32,000 nucleotides of DNA, from contig NZ_LN649236.1 of assembly GCF_000953395.1 (NCBI RefSeq), positions 150,001-182,000 on the forward strand, in the 5' to 3' direction. This document shows positions 8,108-16,924 of this stretch, piece by piece. Every line of letters begins with the position of its first letter. Within the stretch, counting starts at the first letter, position 1. Source of the stretch: Candidatus Portiera aleyrodidarum. GTDB lineage: Bacteria; Pseudomonadota; Gammaproteobacteria; Johnevansiales; Johnevansiaceae. The position numbers and the translations under genes were made by a program. The notes below the pieces were generated by a model. It searched no databases, was not told the DNA's origin, and saw only the letters and a list, made by a program, of their open reading frames with translations.

Positions 8108-9030
8108 TTTTCTTCTACATGTCCTCCAAACTGTTTACGCATTGCTGATAGCAATTTCTCACCATATCTATTGTTCATTCTCGACTTAAATCTAACATAT
8201 AATGATGTTGTTAATACCTCTACTGGTATTGATTCTTCTAAAGCTGTTTTTACTATCCATCTAACTTCACCTGAATCCTTCACTTTGCCACTAAATTCTT
8301 TAAGATTAACATCTTTTGCTAATGATATAGAAATTAAATCTAATAACCATGACTCTATTACACTTCCTCTACGCCATATTTCCGAAATATAATATAAATT
8401 TAATTGATACCTGTGTTTATATAATACATGTTTTTTATTGATATTGTTCATTATATCAAACCCTTCTGCATAAGATTGCATCATTCCATATTCTATACCA
8501 TTATGTATCATTTTAACAAAATGTCCTGACCCTATTTTTCCACAATACATATAACATTTATTTTTTTCTGAAGATAATATACAAAAAATTTTATGTTTTT
8601 TTTCAAACATTTTTTTATTCCCTCCTATCATCATACAAAATCCTCTTTTTAAACCCCATATTCCACCTGACACGCCTACATCTATATAATTTATTCCTCT
8701 TATAACTAGTTTTTCAGATCTTTGGATATCTTTTTTAAAATATCCATTACTACCATCTATTATAGTATCTCCCTTTTCCATATAGTTTATTATTTTTAAA
8801 ATTATTTTTTCCGTTATTTCGCCAGCCGGTAACATTAACCAAATGGTTCTAGGATTAGATAAACTTAAAACTAAGTCTTTTAATGATTTTACCCCTATTC
8901 CTCCTTTTTTTTCTATTTGTTTTATATTCGTTATATTTTTATCAAAAACATAACAAGTATATTTATTTTTTAATAATCTTATCGAAATATTTCCTCCCAT
9001 TTTTCCTAAACCAATAATACCTATTATCAT
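8104..9030 (-). CDS. gnd: 6-phosphogluconate dehydrogenase, decarboxylating, short (about 300 aa) form
   Basis: 308 aa. N-terminal Rossmann fold IGIIGLGKMGGNISIRLL, then DGSN, DVGVSGGIWGLKRGFCMMIGG, GSGHFVKMIHNGIEYGMMQSYAEGF. GAGGAG SD. The TGA stop overlaps the dnaX ATG (ATGA). Confidence 0.85.
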   Translation of the reverse strand: MIIGIIGLGKMGGNISIRLLKNKYTCYVFDKNITNIKQIEKKGGIGVKSLKDLVLSLSNPRTIWLMLPAGEITEKIILKIINYMEKGDTIIDGSNGYFKKDIQRSEKLVIRGINYIDVGVSGGIWGLKRGFCMMIGGNKKMFEKKHKIFCILSSEKNKCYMYCGKIGSGHFVKMIHNGIEYGMMQSYAEGFDIMNNINKKHVLYKHRYQLNLYYISEIWRRGSVIESWLLDLISISLAKDVNLKEFSGKVKDSGEVRWIVKTALEESIPVEVLTTSLYVRFKSRMNNRYGEKLLSAMRKQFGGHVEEK

Positions 9031-9059
9031 TTTATTCTCCTCATAATATTTATTTTTTA

Positions 9060-9143
9060 CGGAGAGGAAGGGATTCGAACCCTTGAAGTCAATAACTTAC
9101 ACACTTTCCAAATGTGCTCCTTCGACCACTCGGACACCTCTCC
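9060..9143 (-). tRNA. tRNA-Ser (anticodon GGA), class II with long variable arm
   Basis: Minus-strand sequence GGAGAGGTGTCCGAGTGGTCGAAGGAGCACATTTGGAAAGTGTGTAAGTTATTGACTTCAAGGGTTCGAATCCCTTCCTCTCCG. Anticodon loop TTGGAAA. It is close to E. coli tRNA-Ser(GGA). No encoded CCA. Confidence 0.9.
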
Positions 9144-9153
9144 AATATTCTTC

Positions 9154-9927
9154 TCAACTATGTATACCTTTTCCTTTTATCAATAATTTTAATGAGATTA
9201 TATATAATAATAAAATAAATATGATTATGGCTACTAATGATTTTCCTATAACTATATCGGATATCCCCAAAATCCCATATCTAAAAGTATTCACCATATA
9301 AAATATTGGATTTATTAATGATAAGTTTTTCCAAAAATATGGTAATAAATTTATATTATAAAAAACACCCCCAAGATAAGTTAAAGGCGTTAAAACAAAA
9401 ATAGGTATTATTGAGATATCATCAAAATTATTCGCCAATAAGGCATTCATAAAACCTGCTAATGAAAATAATATAGATGTTAAAATTACTATTAATATAG
9501 TTAAACAAGGATGTACAATATTTATTTTTGTAAATAATAAGGACAATAATGTAACTATCAACCCTACTAATAAACCTCTCAACACACCCCCTATAATAAA
9601 ACCATCTAATATCACCCAACTTGGCATAGGCGATATTATTAATTCTTCTATAGATCGTTGAAATTTATTACCAAACAATGAAGACGCTACATTTGAATAA
9701 CTATTTGTTATTACAGCCATCATTATTAATCCTGGAATTAGATAATTGATATAACTCACACCACCCATATTACCTAATTTACAACCTAGTAATTTGCCAA
9801 AAATTATAAAATACATTGTAGTCGTAACTGAAGATGGTAATAACGTTTGTGGCCAAATACGTAAAAATCTACGAACTTCTCTTTGTATTAATGTACTAAG
9901 CGCTATAAGTTTTCTTTGTTTGTTCAA
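9154..9927 (-). CDS. yadH: ABC-2 type transporter permease (YadH family)
   Basis: 257 aa, multi-pass hydrophobic. REVRRFLRIWPQTLLP...MYFIIFGKLLG...YINYLIPGLIMMAVITNSYSNVASSLFGNKFQRSIEEL...LTPLTYLGGVFY...INPIFYM..FRYG.LG is colinear with E. coli YadH. It starts at TTG (9927-9925), 2 nt after the yadG stop. TGA stop. Confidence 0.85.
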   Translation of the reverse strand: MNKQRKLIALSTLIQREVRRFLRIWPQTLLPSSVTTTMYFIIFGKLLGCKLGNMGGVSYINYLIPGLIMMAVITNSYSNVASSLFGNKFQRSIEELIISPMPSWVILDGFIIGGVLRGLLVGLIVTLLSLLFTKINIVHPCLTILIVILTSILFSLAGFMNALLANNFDDISIIPIFVLTPLTYLGGVFYNINLLPYFWKNLSLINPIFYMVNTFRYGILGISDIVIGKSLVAIIIFILLLYIISLKLLIKGKGIHS

Positions 9928-9929
9928 TT

Positions 9930-10859
9930 TTATACTCTATTTTTTTTATCAATTAAATTTAAAAACATTTCTTCTAATCTATTAGAATTATTCCGTATAG
10001 ATAAAATCTCTATTTTATTTTTCTCCAATATATTAAAAATATCATTTAATTTTGTTCCTTTTTTTATTGATAATAATATTTTATAAGAATCTTGTTTTTT
10101 TATTTTTACTCCTTTTATTAATGGTAAGTTTTTTAAAGGATTTTTTGTTTCTAATAAAAATGTATTAACATCTAATTGTCTTAATAAAGATTGCATGCTC
10201 GTGTTTTTTATAATTATACCTTTATTTATAATTGCTACATTTCTACATAAACTTTCAGCTTCTTCTAAATAGTGTGTTGTTAAAATAATAGTTTTTTTTT
10301 CATTTTTATTTATATTATACATATAATCCCATATATTTTTTCGTACTTCAATATCTAACCCTGCTGTTGGTTCATCTAAAATTAGCAATTTAGGATTATG
10401 TACTAAAGAACGTGCAATCATTAACCTTCTTTTCATGCCACCAGATAACTTTCTTACTATCATTTCTCTTTGTTTAAATAAACTTAAATCTTTTAATAAT
10501 TTATAAATACGTAGTTTAGACAAGTTTTTCGATATTCCATAATATCCTGCTTGTGTAAAAAGAATATTTTCAACTTTTTCAAATTGATTAAAATTATATT
10601 CTTGAGATACATAACCTAAATAATATTTAGCTTTTGAAAAATTTTTATCTATATCTATATCAAAAATTTTTATTTTTCCACAAGTCTTTTTTATTAACGA
10701 ACTTATTATTCCTATTGTTGTTGATTTTCCTGCTCCATTTGGTCCCAATAATGCAAAAAAATCTCCATTTATAACATTTAAATTTATATCTTTTAACGCA
10801 TAAATGTTTTTTTTATAAATTTTAGTTAATTTTTTTATACTTAAGGCTAGTTTTTTCAT
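9930..10859 (-). CDS. yadG: ABC transporter ATP-binding protein (YadG family)
   Basis: LLGPNGAGKSTTIGIISSL (Walker A), LSGGMKRRLMIARSLVHNPKLLILDEPTAGLD (signature and Walker B), TIILTTHYLEEAESLCRNVAII. It is highly similar to E. coli YadG. I place the start at ATG 10859-10857 (MKKLALSIKKL), which has an AAGGA SD 5 nt upstream. The longer ORF-track start at 10907 would run into tRNA-Gly. Confidence 0.87.
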   Translation of the reverse strand: MKKLALSIKKLTKIYKKNIYALKDINLNVINGDFFALLGPNGAGKSTTIGIISSLIKKTCGKIKIFDIDIDKNFSKAKYYLGYVSQEYNFNQFEKVENILFTQAGYYGISKNLSKLRIYKLLKDLSLFKQREMIVRKLSGGMKRRLMIARSLVHNPKLLILDEPTAGLDIEVRKNIWDYMYNINKNEKKTIILTTHYLEEAESLCRNVAIINKGIIIKNTSMQSLLRQLDVNTFLLETKNPLKNLPLIKGVKIKKQDSYKILLSIKKGTKLNDIFNILEKNKIEILSIRNNSNRLEEMFLNLIDKKNRV

Positions 10860-10873
10860 ATTTGTCCTTATAT

Positions 10874-10947
10874 AGCGGGAAACGAGACTCGAACTCGCGA
10901 CCTTCACTTTGGCAAAGTGACACTCTTACCAACTGAGCTATTCCCGC
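10874..10947 (-). tRNA. tRNA-Gly (anticodon GCC)
   Basis: Minus-strand sequence GCGGGAATAGCTCAGTTGGTAAGAGTGTCACTTTGCCAAAGTGAAGGTCGCGAGTTCGAGTCTCGTTTCCCGC(T). The acceptor and T-arm are identical to E. coli tRNA-Gly(GCC). Anticodon loop TTGCCAA. Confidence 0.95.
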
Positions 10948-10958
10948 AAATACAACAA

Positions 10959-11031
10959 TGTCCCATAGGAGGTTCGAACCCCTGTTACCGCCGTGAAAGA
11001 GCGGTGTCCTAGACCACTAGACGAATGGGAC
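10959..11031 (-). tRNA. tRNA-Glu (anticodon TTC)
   Basis: Minus-strand sequence GTCCCATTCGTCTAGTGGTCTAGGACACCGCTCTTTCACGGCGGTAACAGGGGTTCGAACCTCCTATGGGAC(A). It is nearly identical to E. coli tRNA-Glu. Anticodon loop CTTTCAC. Confidence 0.95.
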
Positions 11032-11101
11032 TTAATAATATATATTATTATTTTAATAAAAAAAATTGTCAATATTTACTATATTTTGTAAGGATATGAT
11101 A

Positions 11102-11320
11102 ATGATAAAAAAAACCACTATCGAAATGGAAGGATTAATTATAGAAACTTTACCAAATACAATGTTTCGAGTACAACTATCCAATGGGCATATTGTTACA
11201 GCACATATATCGGGTAAAATTCGAAAAAATTATATCAAAATATTAACCGGAGATACAGTAAAAGTTGAACTTAGCCCTTATGATCTTACAAAAGGTCGTA
11301 TAATATATCGTTCACGTTAA
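11102..11320 (+). CDS. infA: Translation initiation factor IF-1
   Basis: [66 protein letters not shown] is close to E. coli IF-1. ATG 11102 gives the canonical 72 aa and has an AAGGA SD 7 nt upstream. ATG 11096 is an alternative start. The ORF-track start at 11066 is a TTG that adds 12 non-homologous residues. Confidence 0.9.
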   Translation: MIKKTTIEMEGLIIETLPNTMFRVQLSNGHIVTAHISGKIRKNYIKILTGDTVKVELSPYDLTKGRIIYRSR

Positions 11321-11325
11321 TTTTT

Positions 11326-12402
11326 ATGAATAAAAACAATAAGAAAATTCTTGTATGTATGTCTGGAGGAATTGATTCTTCTTTATGTGCTTTTTTACTT
11401 GTACAAAAAGGATATAATGTTGAAGGTTTATTTATGAAAAATTGGGAGTTTCAAAATAATTGTACAATACAAACCGATTTTGATGATGTCAAATATATCT
11501 GTAATAAATTAAAAATAATTTTGCATATTGTAAATTTTTCAGCCGAATATTGGAATAAGGTTTTTAAAACAACTCTTCAAACACTTATTTATGGTACCAC
11601 TCCAAATCCTGACATTTTATGTAATAAAGAAATAAAATTTAATTTATTAATTAAATATGCTTTTAATATATTACAAGCTGATTTTCTTGCTACTGGACAT
11701 TATGTTAAATTACAAAATACGTTGTTAATCAAAAGTCTTGATTTAAATAAAGATCAAAGTTATTACTTATATCATATAAACAAATATTGTATACACAAAA
11801 TTCTTTTTCCTATTGGACATTATAAAAAATTTGAAATACGTAAAATGGCAAAATTTATTTGTTTTAACATCTATCAAAAAAAAGAATCTTTTGGTATTTG
11901 TTTTGTAGGAAATAAAAATTTTTCATCTTTTTTAAATTTTTTTCTTCCTTTAAACACTGGTAAAATACAAACCAATAATAATATTTTTATAGGACAACAT
12001 AAAGGCATTCCTTTTTATACGATAGGACAAAAAAATGGATTTATTATAACAAAATTTTTTAATCAAACTTCTTGGTACGTTTTTAAAAAAAATTTCCATA
12101 AAAATCTTTTATATGTCACAAACCACCACAATCAATTTTTATATAAAAATTCTTTAATAGCAACACAATTACATTGGCTTCAGAATCCTTTTAATAACAC
12201 AAATAATAACTTTACGTTATTTGCTAAAATCAGATATAGACAAATAGATCAACAATGTATAGTTTATAATTTTATATATTATATAAAAGTTGATTTTTTA
12301 TATAAACAAAAATCAATGACAGAAGGACAATCTATTGTTTTATATAAAAATAAGATTTGTTTAGGTGGAGCTATTATTCATAGCACTTATAATAGAAACT
12401 AA
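11326..12402 (+). CDS. mnmA: tRNA-specific 2-thiouridylase MnmA
   Basis: 358 aa. The PP-loop ILVCMSGGIDSSLCAFLL, GLFMKNWE, TPNPDILCNKEIKF, ATGHYV, KDQSYYLY and ESFGICFVG are all MnmA hallmarks, including both catalytic Cys contexts. Confidence 0.92.
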   Translation: MNKNNKKILVCMSGGIDSSLCAFLLVQKGYNVEGLFMKNWEFQNNCTIQTDFDDVKYICNKLKIILHIVNFSAEYWNKVFKTTLQTLIYGTTPNPDILCNKEIKFNLLIKYAFNILQADFLATGHYVKLQNTLLIKSLDLNKDQSYYLYHINKYCIHKILFPIGHYKKFEIRKMAKFICFNIYQKKESFGICFVGNKNFSSFLNFFLPLNTGKIQTNNNIFIGQHKGIPFYTIGQKNGFIITKFFNQTSWYVFKKNFHKNLLYVTNHHNQFLYKNSLIATQLHWLQNPFNNTNNNFTLFAKIRYRQIDQQCIVYNFIYYIKVDFLYKQKSMTEGQSIVLYKNKICLGGAIIHSTYNRN

Positions 12403-13641
12403 TTAAAATATCTTAAGTAGTTTTTTTATAATCATTATAAATTTTTTTATTTCATCTAACTTATTATATATTGCAAACGATATTCTACAAACTGAATTTA
12501 TTCCATAATTATTTAATATCGGTTGTACACAATGATTACCCGTTCTAATAGCAATACCATATTGATCTAATAATAACCCTATATCATGTGAATTAATACC
12601 TTCTATTATAAAAGATACAACTGAAATTTTTTTATTTTTTCCTATAATATGAATTTGTTTTATTTTTTTTAATTTTTTTATTATATAATAAACTAATATT
12701 TTTTCCCAAATTTTAATAAAATGTAAATTTTTTTTTAACCACTTTAAAGAAGAATAATAAGCAATAATATTACATATTGCTTGTGTACCTGCTTCAAATT
12801 TATAAGGTAATTCAGAATATATTATTTTTTCTTTAAAAAAACTAAAATACTTTACCATGTCTCCACCATATTGCCAAGGATCCAGTTGTTTTAATATGTC
12901 TAAACGTATATATAATATACCTAACCCAGTAGGACCATAACTTTTATGGGACGAACAAACATAAAAATCTATATTTAATTTTTGTACATCAATTGTTTTA
13001 TGTGATATAGATTGAGCTCCATCTATTAATATTAAAGCTTTTTTTTTATGAACTATTTTTGATAAACTTTTTATTGGATTTGTTGTTCCTAAAACATTCG
13101 AAACATGAGTGATTACTACTAATTTAGTTTTCTTTGTCACTAATTTCTTTAATTGTTTTATATCTATTAAACCCTGTTCATTTACTGGTATTATTTTTAA
13201 TTTTACTCCTTTATTTTTTGATAAAATTTTCCAAGGAATAATATTGGAATGATGTTCCATCATCGAAATTAAAATTTCACTTCCTTTTTTTAATACCTTA
13301 CCATAACTATTGGATACTAGATTTATAGATTCTGTTGTACCTTTTGTAAATATTACTTCTTCTTTATATTTTGCATTTATAAATTTACACACCATTGTTC
13401 TTGTACGTTCATAAGCTATTGTAGCTTCATTGGATAAATAATTGACTCCTCGATGAATATTAGCATTATAATATTTATTATATTCCTTCATTATTTTTAT
13501 TACATTAGTTGGCATTTGAATAGTAGCGGCATTATCCAAATATATTAACGAATATATTTTATATATTATTTTTTTTAATACAGGAAAATCTTTTCTTATT
13601 TTAATAATTTTCTTTTGGATTTTTATATAATTAATTAACAT
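12403..13641 (-). CDS. sufS: Cysteine desulfurase SufS (group II)
   Basis: 412 aa. YLDNAAT, ANIHRG, HHSNIIPW, DGAQS..H, SSHKSYGPTGLGILY (PLP-lysine) and RTGNHCVQP (catalytic Cys loop; E. coli SufS RTGHHCAMP). It is the last gene of the sufBCDS cluster. Its stop codon directly abuts the mnmA stop. Confidence 0.92.
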   Translation of the reverse strand: MLINYIKIQKKIIKIRKDFPVLKKIIYKIYSLIYLDNAATIQMPTNVIKIMKEYNKYYNANIHRGVNYLSNEATIAYERTRTMVCKFINAKYKEEVIFTKGTTESINLVSNSYGKVLKKGSEILISMMEHHSNIIPWKILSKNKGVKLKIIPVNEQGLIDIKQLKKLVTKKTKLVVITHVSNVLGTTNPIKSLSKIVHKKKALILIDGAQSISHKTIDVQKLNIDFYVCSSHKSYGPTGLGILYIRLDILKQLDPWQYGGDMVKYFSFFKEKIIYSELPYKFEAGTQAICNIIAYYSSLKWLKKNLHFIKIWEKILVYYIIKKLKKIKQIHIIGKNKKISVVSFIIEGINSHDIGLLLDQYGIAIRTGNHCVQPILNNYGINSVCRISFAIYNKLDEIKKFIMIIKKLLKIF

Positions 13642-14683
13642 TTTTATAAAGATATATATCTTTTAAACCAAAGATTTTTTTTATTTTTGTAAAAAATAGA
13701 TATTTTTTTAATGATTTTATTTCTATTTTTTTTAAAATTTCATTTATTAAACTTAATAATATTAAGGTTTTTGCTAAATGTTTTTTTATCCCTCGTGTTC
13801 TTAAATAAAAAATATAATCTTCATTGATTTTTCCAATAATTGTTTTATGTGTACAAACTACATCTTTTGATTTAATTTTTAATTTCGGATTTGTTTTAAT
13901 AGTAGCATTATTAGATAATAATATATTGGAATTTTTTTGAATACCATATACATTTTTTAGATTTTTTTTTATATTTATATAACAATTAAAAATTCCTTTA
14001 GAAGTATCATTTATTATTCCTTTATAATCTACATTAGATTTGGTAAAATTATTTTTATGATTAATAATAATTTTATTTTTTATTAATTTTTTAGGATAAA
14101 ACAATCCTAATACCTTACATTTACTATATTCATCTTTTAAATTTATTAATACTTTATTATATAAATAATAACTATATATATTTATATTATAAAACTCACA
14201 TTTACTATATTTTTTTTGATGTACAATAATATTTGATAAATAATAATCTATTTTATTTAATTCTTCTAATTTATAATATGCTATATTTGCCTTATTATTT
14301 ATATTCATTTCCATGTTTATATTATTTATATTTTTTATTTTACTTTTATTTATATAATGCTCTAACATTTGTATTTTTAATTTTTTCTCAACAAAAACAA
14401 CTATTTGTAAATTATTTTTTGTATATATTTTTTTTTTGGAAATATGTAAAATATATATTGGTTTTTTTATTTTTATAGTTGATTTTAAATAAATTATTAA
14501 ACCACTATAAGAGTTTATAAACTGGTTTTCTTTCTTAAGAATATTTGTTTTTAAATAAATTAGATTGTTTGCACATAATTTATTTATATTTGAGTATTTT
14601 TTTGATAATTTTCCATCTATAACAACTATCATATAAGCATCAATATTTAATAACTGTATATCAAACATATTTTTTATAACCAA
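13631..14683 (-). CDS. sufD: Fe-S cluster assembly protein SufD
   Basis: The C-terminal region NSNILLSNNATIKTNPKLKIKSKDVVCTHKTIIGKINEDYIFYLRTRGI matches SufD (E. coli [36 protein letters not shown]). It sits between sufC and sufS. The ORF-track start at 14683 is a TTG. ATG at 14668-14666 (MFDIQ...) is an equally plausible start and would give an ATGTTTGA overlap with the sufC stop. Confidence 0.82.
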   Translation of the reverse strand: MVIKNMFDIQLLNIDAYMIVVIDGKLSKKYSNINKLCANNLIYLKTNILKKENQFINSYSGLIIYLKSTIKIKKPIYILHISKKKIYTKNNLQIVVFVEKKLKIQMLEHYINKSKIKNINNINMEMNINNKANIAYYKLEELNKIDYYLSNIIVHQKKYSKCEFYNINIYSYYLYNKVLINLKDEYSKCKVLGLFYPKKLIKNKIIINHKNNFTKSNVDYKGIINDTSKGIFNCYINIKKNLKNVYGIQKNSNILLSNNATIKTNPKLKIKSKDVVCTHKTIIGKINEDYIFYLRTRGIKKHLAKTLILLSLINEILKKIEIKSLKKYLFFTKIKKIFGLKDIYLYKNVN

Positions 14684-15398
14684 ATAATTCTATTTCATTT
14701 ACTAATTTTTTATCACCAGATTTTATAATTTTTCCATTTACTAATATATGTATATAATTAGGCTCTATATAATTTAATATACGTTTATAATGAGTAATTA
14801 AAATAATTGAACAATTATTAGATTTTATTAATTTTATTCCCTTGGATACAATTTTCATTGAATCAATATCTAAACCTGAATCTATTTCATCAAGTAATGC
14901 TACTTTTGGTTTTAACATTAACATTTGTAAAATTTCATTTTTTTTTCTTTCACCACCAGATAAATTTTCATTTACATCTCTATTTAAAAGTTTTTTTTCT
15001 ATTTGTAAATATTTCATAAGTTTTTGTATTTTTTTTATCAATTTTAAAATATTAATTTTTTCTTTTTTTAAATATTTTAATTTTTCATTTAAAGCTGTAT
15101 GTAAAAAATATATATTTTTTACTCCTGCTATTTCAATAGGATTTTGAAAACTTAAAAATAATCCAATTTTTGATCTTTCTTCTATATTCATTTCAGCAAC
15201 ATTAATATCATTAAAATAAATTTTACCGTTATTTATTTTATAATTTTCTTTTCCAACTAAGGTAGATAATAACGTTGATTTACCAGACCCATTAGGACCC
15301 ATTATTACATGTATTTCACCTGTTTTTATTTTTATGTTAATACCTTTTAATATATTATTGTTTTTTATATTAACCTTTAAATTTTCGATTTTTAACAT
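14661..15398 (-). CDS. sufC: Fe-S cluster assembly ATPase SufC
   Basis: 245 aa. MLKIENLKV...GPNGSGKSTL (Walker A), GLFLSFQNP, LSGGERKKNEILQMLMLKPKVALLDEIDSGLD, ITHY. TGA stop. Confidence 0.95.
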   Translation of the reverse strand: MLKIENLKVNIKNNNILKGINIKIKTGEIHVIMGPNGSGKSTLLSTLVGKENYKINNGKIYFNDINVAEMNIEERSKIGLFLSFQNPIEIAGVKNIYFLHTALNEKLKYLKKEKINILKLIKKIQKLMKYLQIEKKLLNRDVNENLSGGERKKNEILQMLMLKPKVALLDEIDSGLDIDSMKIVSKGIKLIKSNNCSIILITHYKRILNYIEPNYIHILVNGKIIKSGDKKLVNEIELFGYKKYV

Positions 15399-15399
15399 T

Positions 15400-16821
15400 T
15401 TAACCTAACGACCCTTCTAAAGTTATTTCTAATAAAGCTTCTGCTTCCACTGCAAACTCCATTGGTAATTTCTGAAATATATCTTTACAAAAACCATTCA
15501 CAATCATATTTATAGTATTTTCTTTAGTTATCCCACGTTGCATTAAATAAAACATTTTCTCTTTATTTATTTTATAAGCAGTAGCTTCATGTTCTAAGAT
15601 TGACGTATTATTATTAATCTCTTGATAAGGTATAGTATAAATAGTACTGTTGTTACCTATTATTAATGAATCACATTGAGTAAAATTTCTTGCATTACTA
15701 GCGTGTTGGATTATTTTTACTAAACCTCTATAAGCTTGTTTAGAACATCCAATTGCCACACCCTTAGAAATTATTGTTGATTTTGTATTTTTCCCTATAT
15801 GAATCATTTTTGTACCTGTATCAGCTATTTGTTTATTCTTTGTTATAGCCACTGAATAAAATTCTCCTTTAGAATAATCCCCTTTAAGTATACAAGAAGG
15901 ATATTTCCATGTTATTGATGAACCTGTTTCTAATTGTATCCAACTTATTTTAGATCTTCTTCCTTTACATAAGCCACGCTTTGTTACAAAATTATAAATT
16001 CCTCCTTTACCTTTGTCATTACCTGGATACCAATTTTGGACTGTAGAATATTTGATATAACTATCTTCAAACGCTATTAATTCTACTATAGCAGCATGCA
16101 ATTGATTATCATCATATATAGTGGCTGTACAACCTTCTAAATAAGAAACTTCTGCTTTTTTTTCACATATTATTAATGTTCTTTCAAACTGTCCTATTTT
16201 ATCAGTATTCATACGAAAATAAGTTGATAATTCTATAGGACATTTTTTACCTTCTGGTATAAAAACAAAAGATCCATCTGTAAAAACTGCGGAATTTAAT
16301 GAAGCAAAATAATTATCATCTTTTTTTACCACAGACCCTAAATATATTTTTATTATATACGAATATTTGTTTATTGCTTCTGACATGGAACAAAAAATAA
16401 TTCCTAATTTATATAATTTTTTTTGATATGTAGTTGCTATAGATACAGAATCAAAGACTGCATCTATAGCTATTCCTTTTTTCTTTTCATACAAATTCAC
16501 ACCTAATTTATTATACGCATATAATAATTTTTTCTCTAAATATTTTTTTTTAGGAGAACTAAAAAAGGAAAGTTCTTTATAATTTATTTTAGGTGTTTTA
16601 AATATAGCCCAAAATGGAGGTTTCATCTTTAACCATTTATAATAAGCTTCTAATCTCCATTTTAACATCCATTTGGGTTCTTTTTTATATTTCGATATAT
16701 TACTTATTATTTTTTTATTTAATCCCGGTAATTGTATATTACTATCTATTTGTATTTTAAAACCATATTTATATTCTTTTTTATCTAAAAATTGTTGTAG
16801 TTGTTTATCTGTATTTCTCAC
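15400..16821 (-). CDS. sufB: Fe-S cluster assembly scaffold protein SufB
   Basis: 473 aa with long colinear identity to SufB (EPKWMLKWRLEAY, DAVFDSVS, FERTLII, YLEGCTA, VQNWYPG...GGIYNFVTKRG, KMIHIGKNT.STIISKG, ILEHEAT..KI.....FYL.QRGI, EFAVEA). GTG start at 16821-16819 after a purine-rich leader. Confidence 0.95.
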   Translation of the reverse strand: MRNTDKQLQQFLDKKEYKYGFKIQIDSNIQLPGLNKKIISNISKYKKEPKWMLKWRLEAYYKWLKMKPPFWAIFKTPKINYKELSFFSSPKKKYLEKKLLYAYNKLGVNLYEKKKGIAIDAVFDSVSIATTYQKKLYKLGIIFCSMSEAINKYSYIIKIYLGSVVKKDDNYFASLNSAVFTDGSFVFIPEGKKCPIELSTYFRMNTDKIGQFERTLIICEKKAEVSYLEGCTATIYDDNQLHAAIVELIAFEDSYIKYSTVQNWYPGNDKGKGGIYNFVTKRGLCKGRRSKISWIQLETGSSITWKYPSCILKGDYSKGEFYSVAITKNKQIADTGTKMIHIGKNTKSTIISKGVAIGCSKQAYRGLVKIIQHASNARNFTQCDSLIIGNNSTIYTIPYQEINNNTSILEHEATAYKINKEKMFYLMQRGITKENTINMIVNGFCKDIFQKLPMEFAVEAEALLEITLEGSLG

Positions 16822-16924
16822 CTTTCTTTTCTCTTAAGATATTGTTTAATATATTCACTTTTTAATCACCTACAGGAGTTCATATAATGAAGATACTCTG
16901 TACTATTGTTACCCTCATCATAGT

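Noticed and set aside
6703-9985. ORFs 6703-6924(+), 8099-8392(+), 9083-9301(+), 9428-9619(-) and 9794-9985(+)
   Set aside because: They are antisense or out of frame inside dapA, gnd, tRNA-Ser/yadH and yadH/yadG. They have no motifs and no SD, and 9083-9301 would run across a tRNA gene. These are shadow ORFs.
10860-10907. N-terminal extension of the yadG ORF (MKVASSSLVSRYIRTN...) given in the ORF track
   Set aside because: The extension overlaps tRNA-Gly (10874-10947) and is simply tRNA sequence read as protein. The internal ATG at 10859 has an AAGGA SD and aligns with the YadG N-terminus.
11066-11101. Longer infA start at 11066
   Set aside because: It is a TTG codon with no SD and adds 12 non-homologous residues. 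ATG 11102 yields the canonical 72-aa IF-1 and has a properly spaced AAGGA.
16860-16900. Imperfect hairpin (ACAGGAGT...ACTCTGT) in the hisZ/sufB spacer as an intrinsic terminator
   Set aside because: The stem is only about 7 bp with a bulge, the loop is 15 nt, and no T-run follows on either strand. This is not convincing as a terminator.
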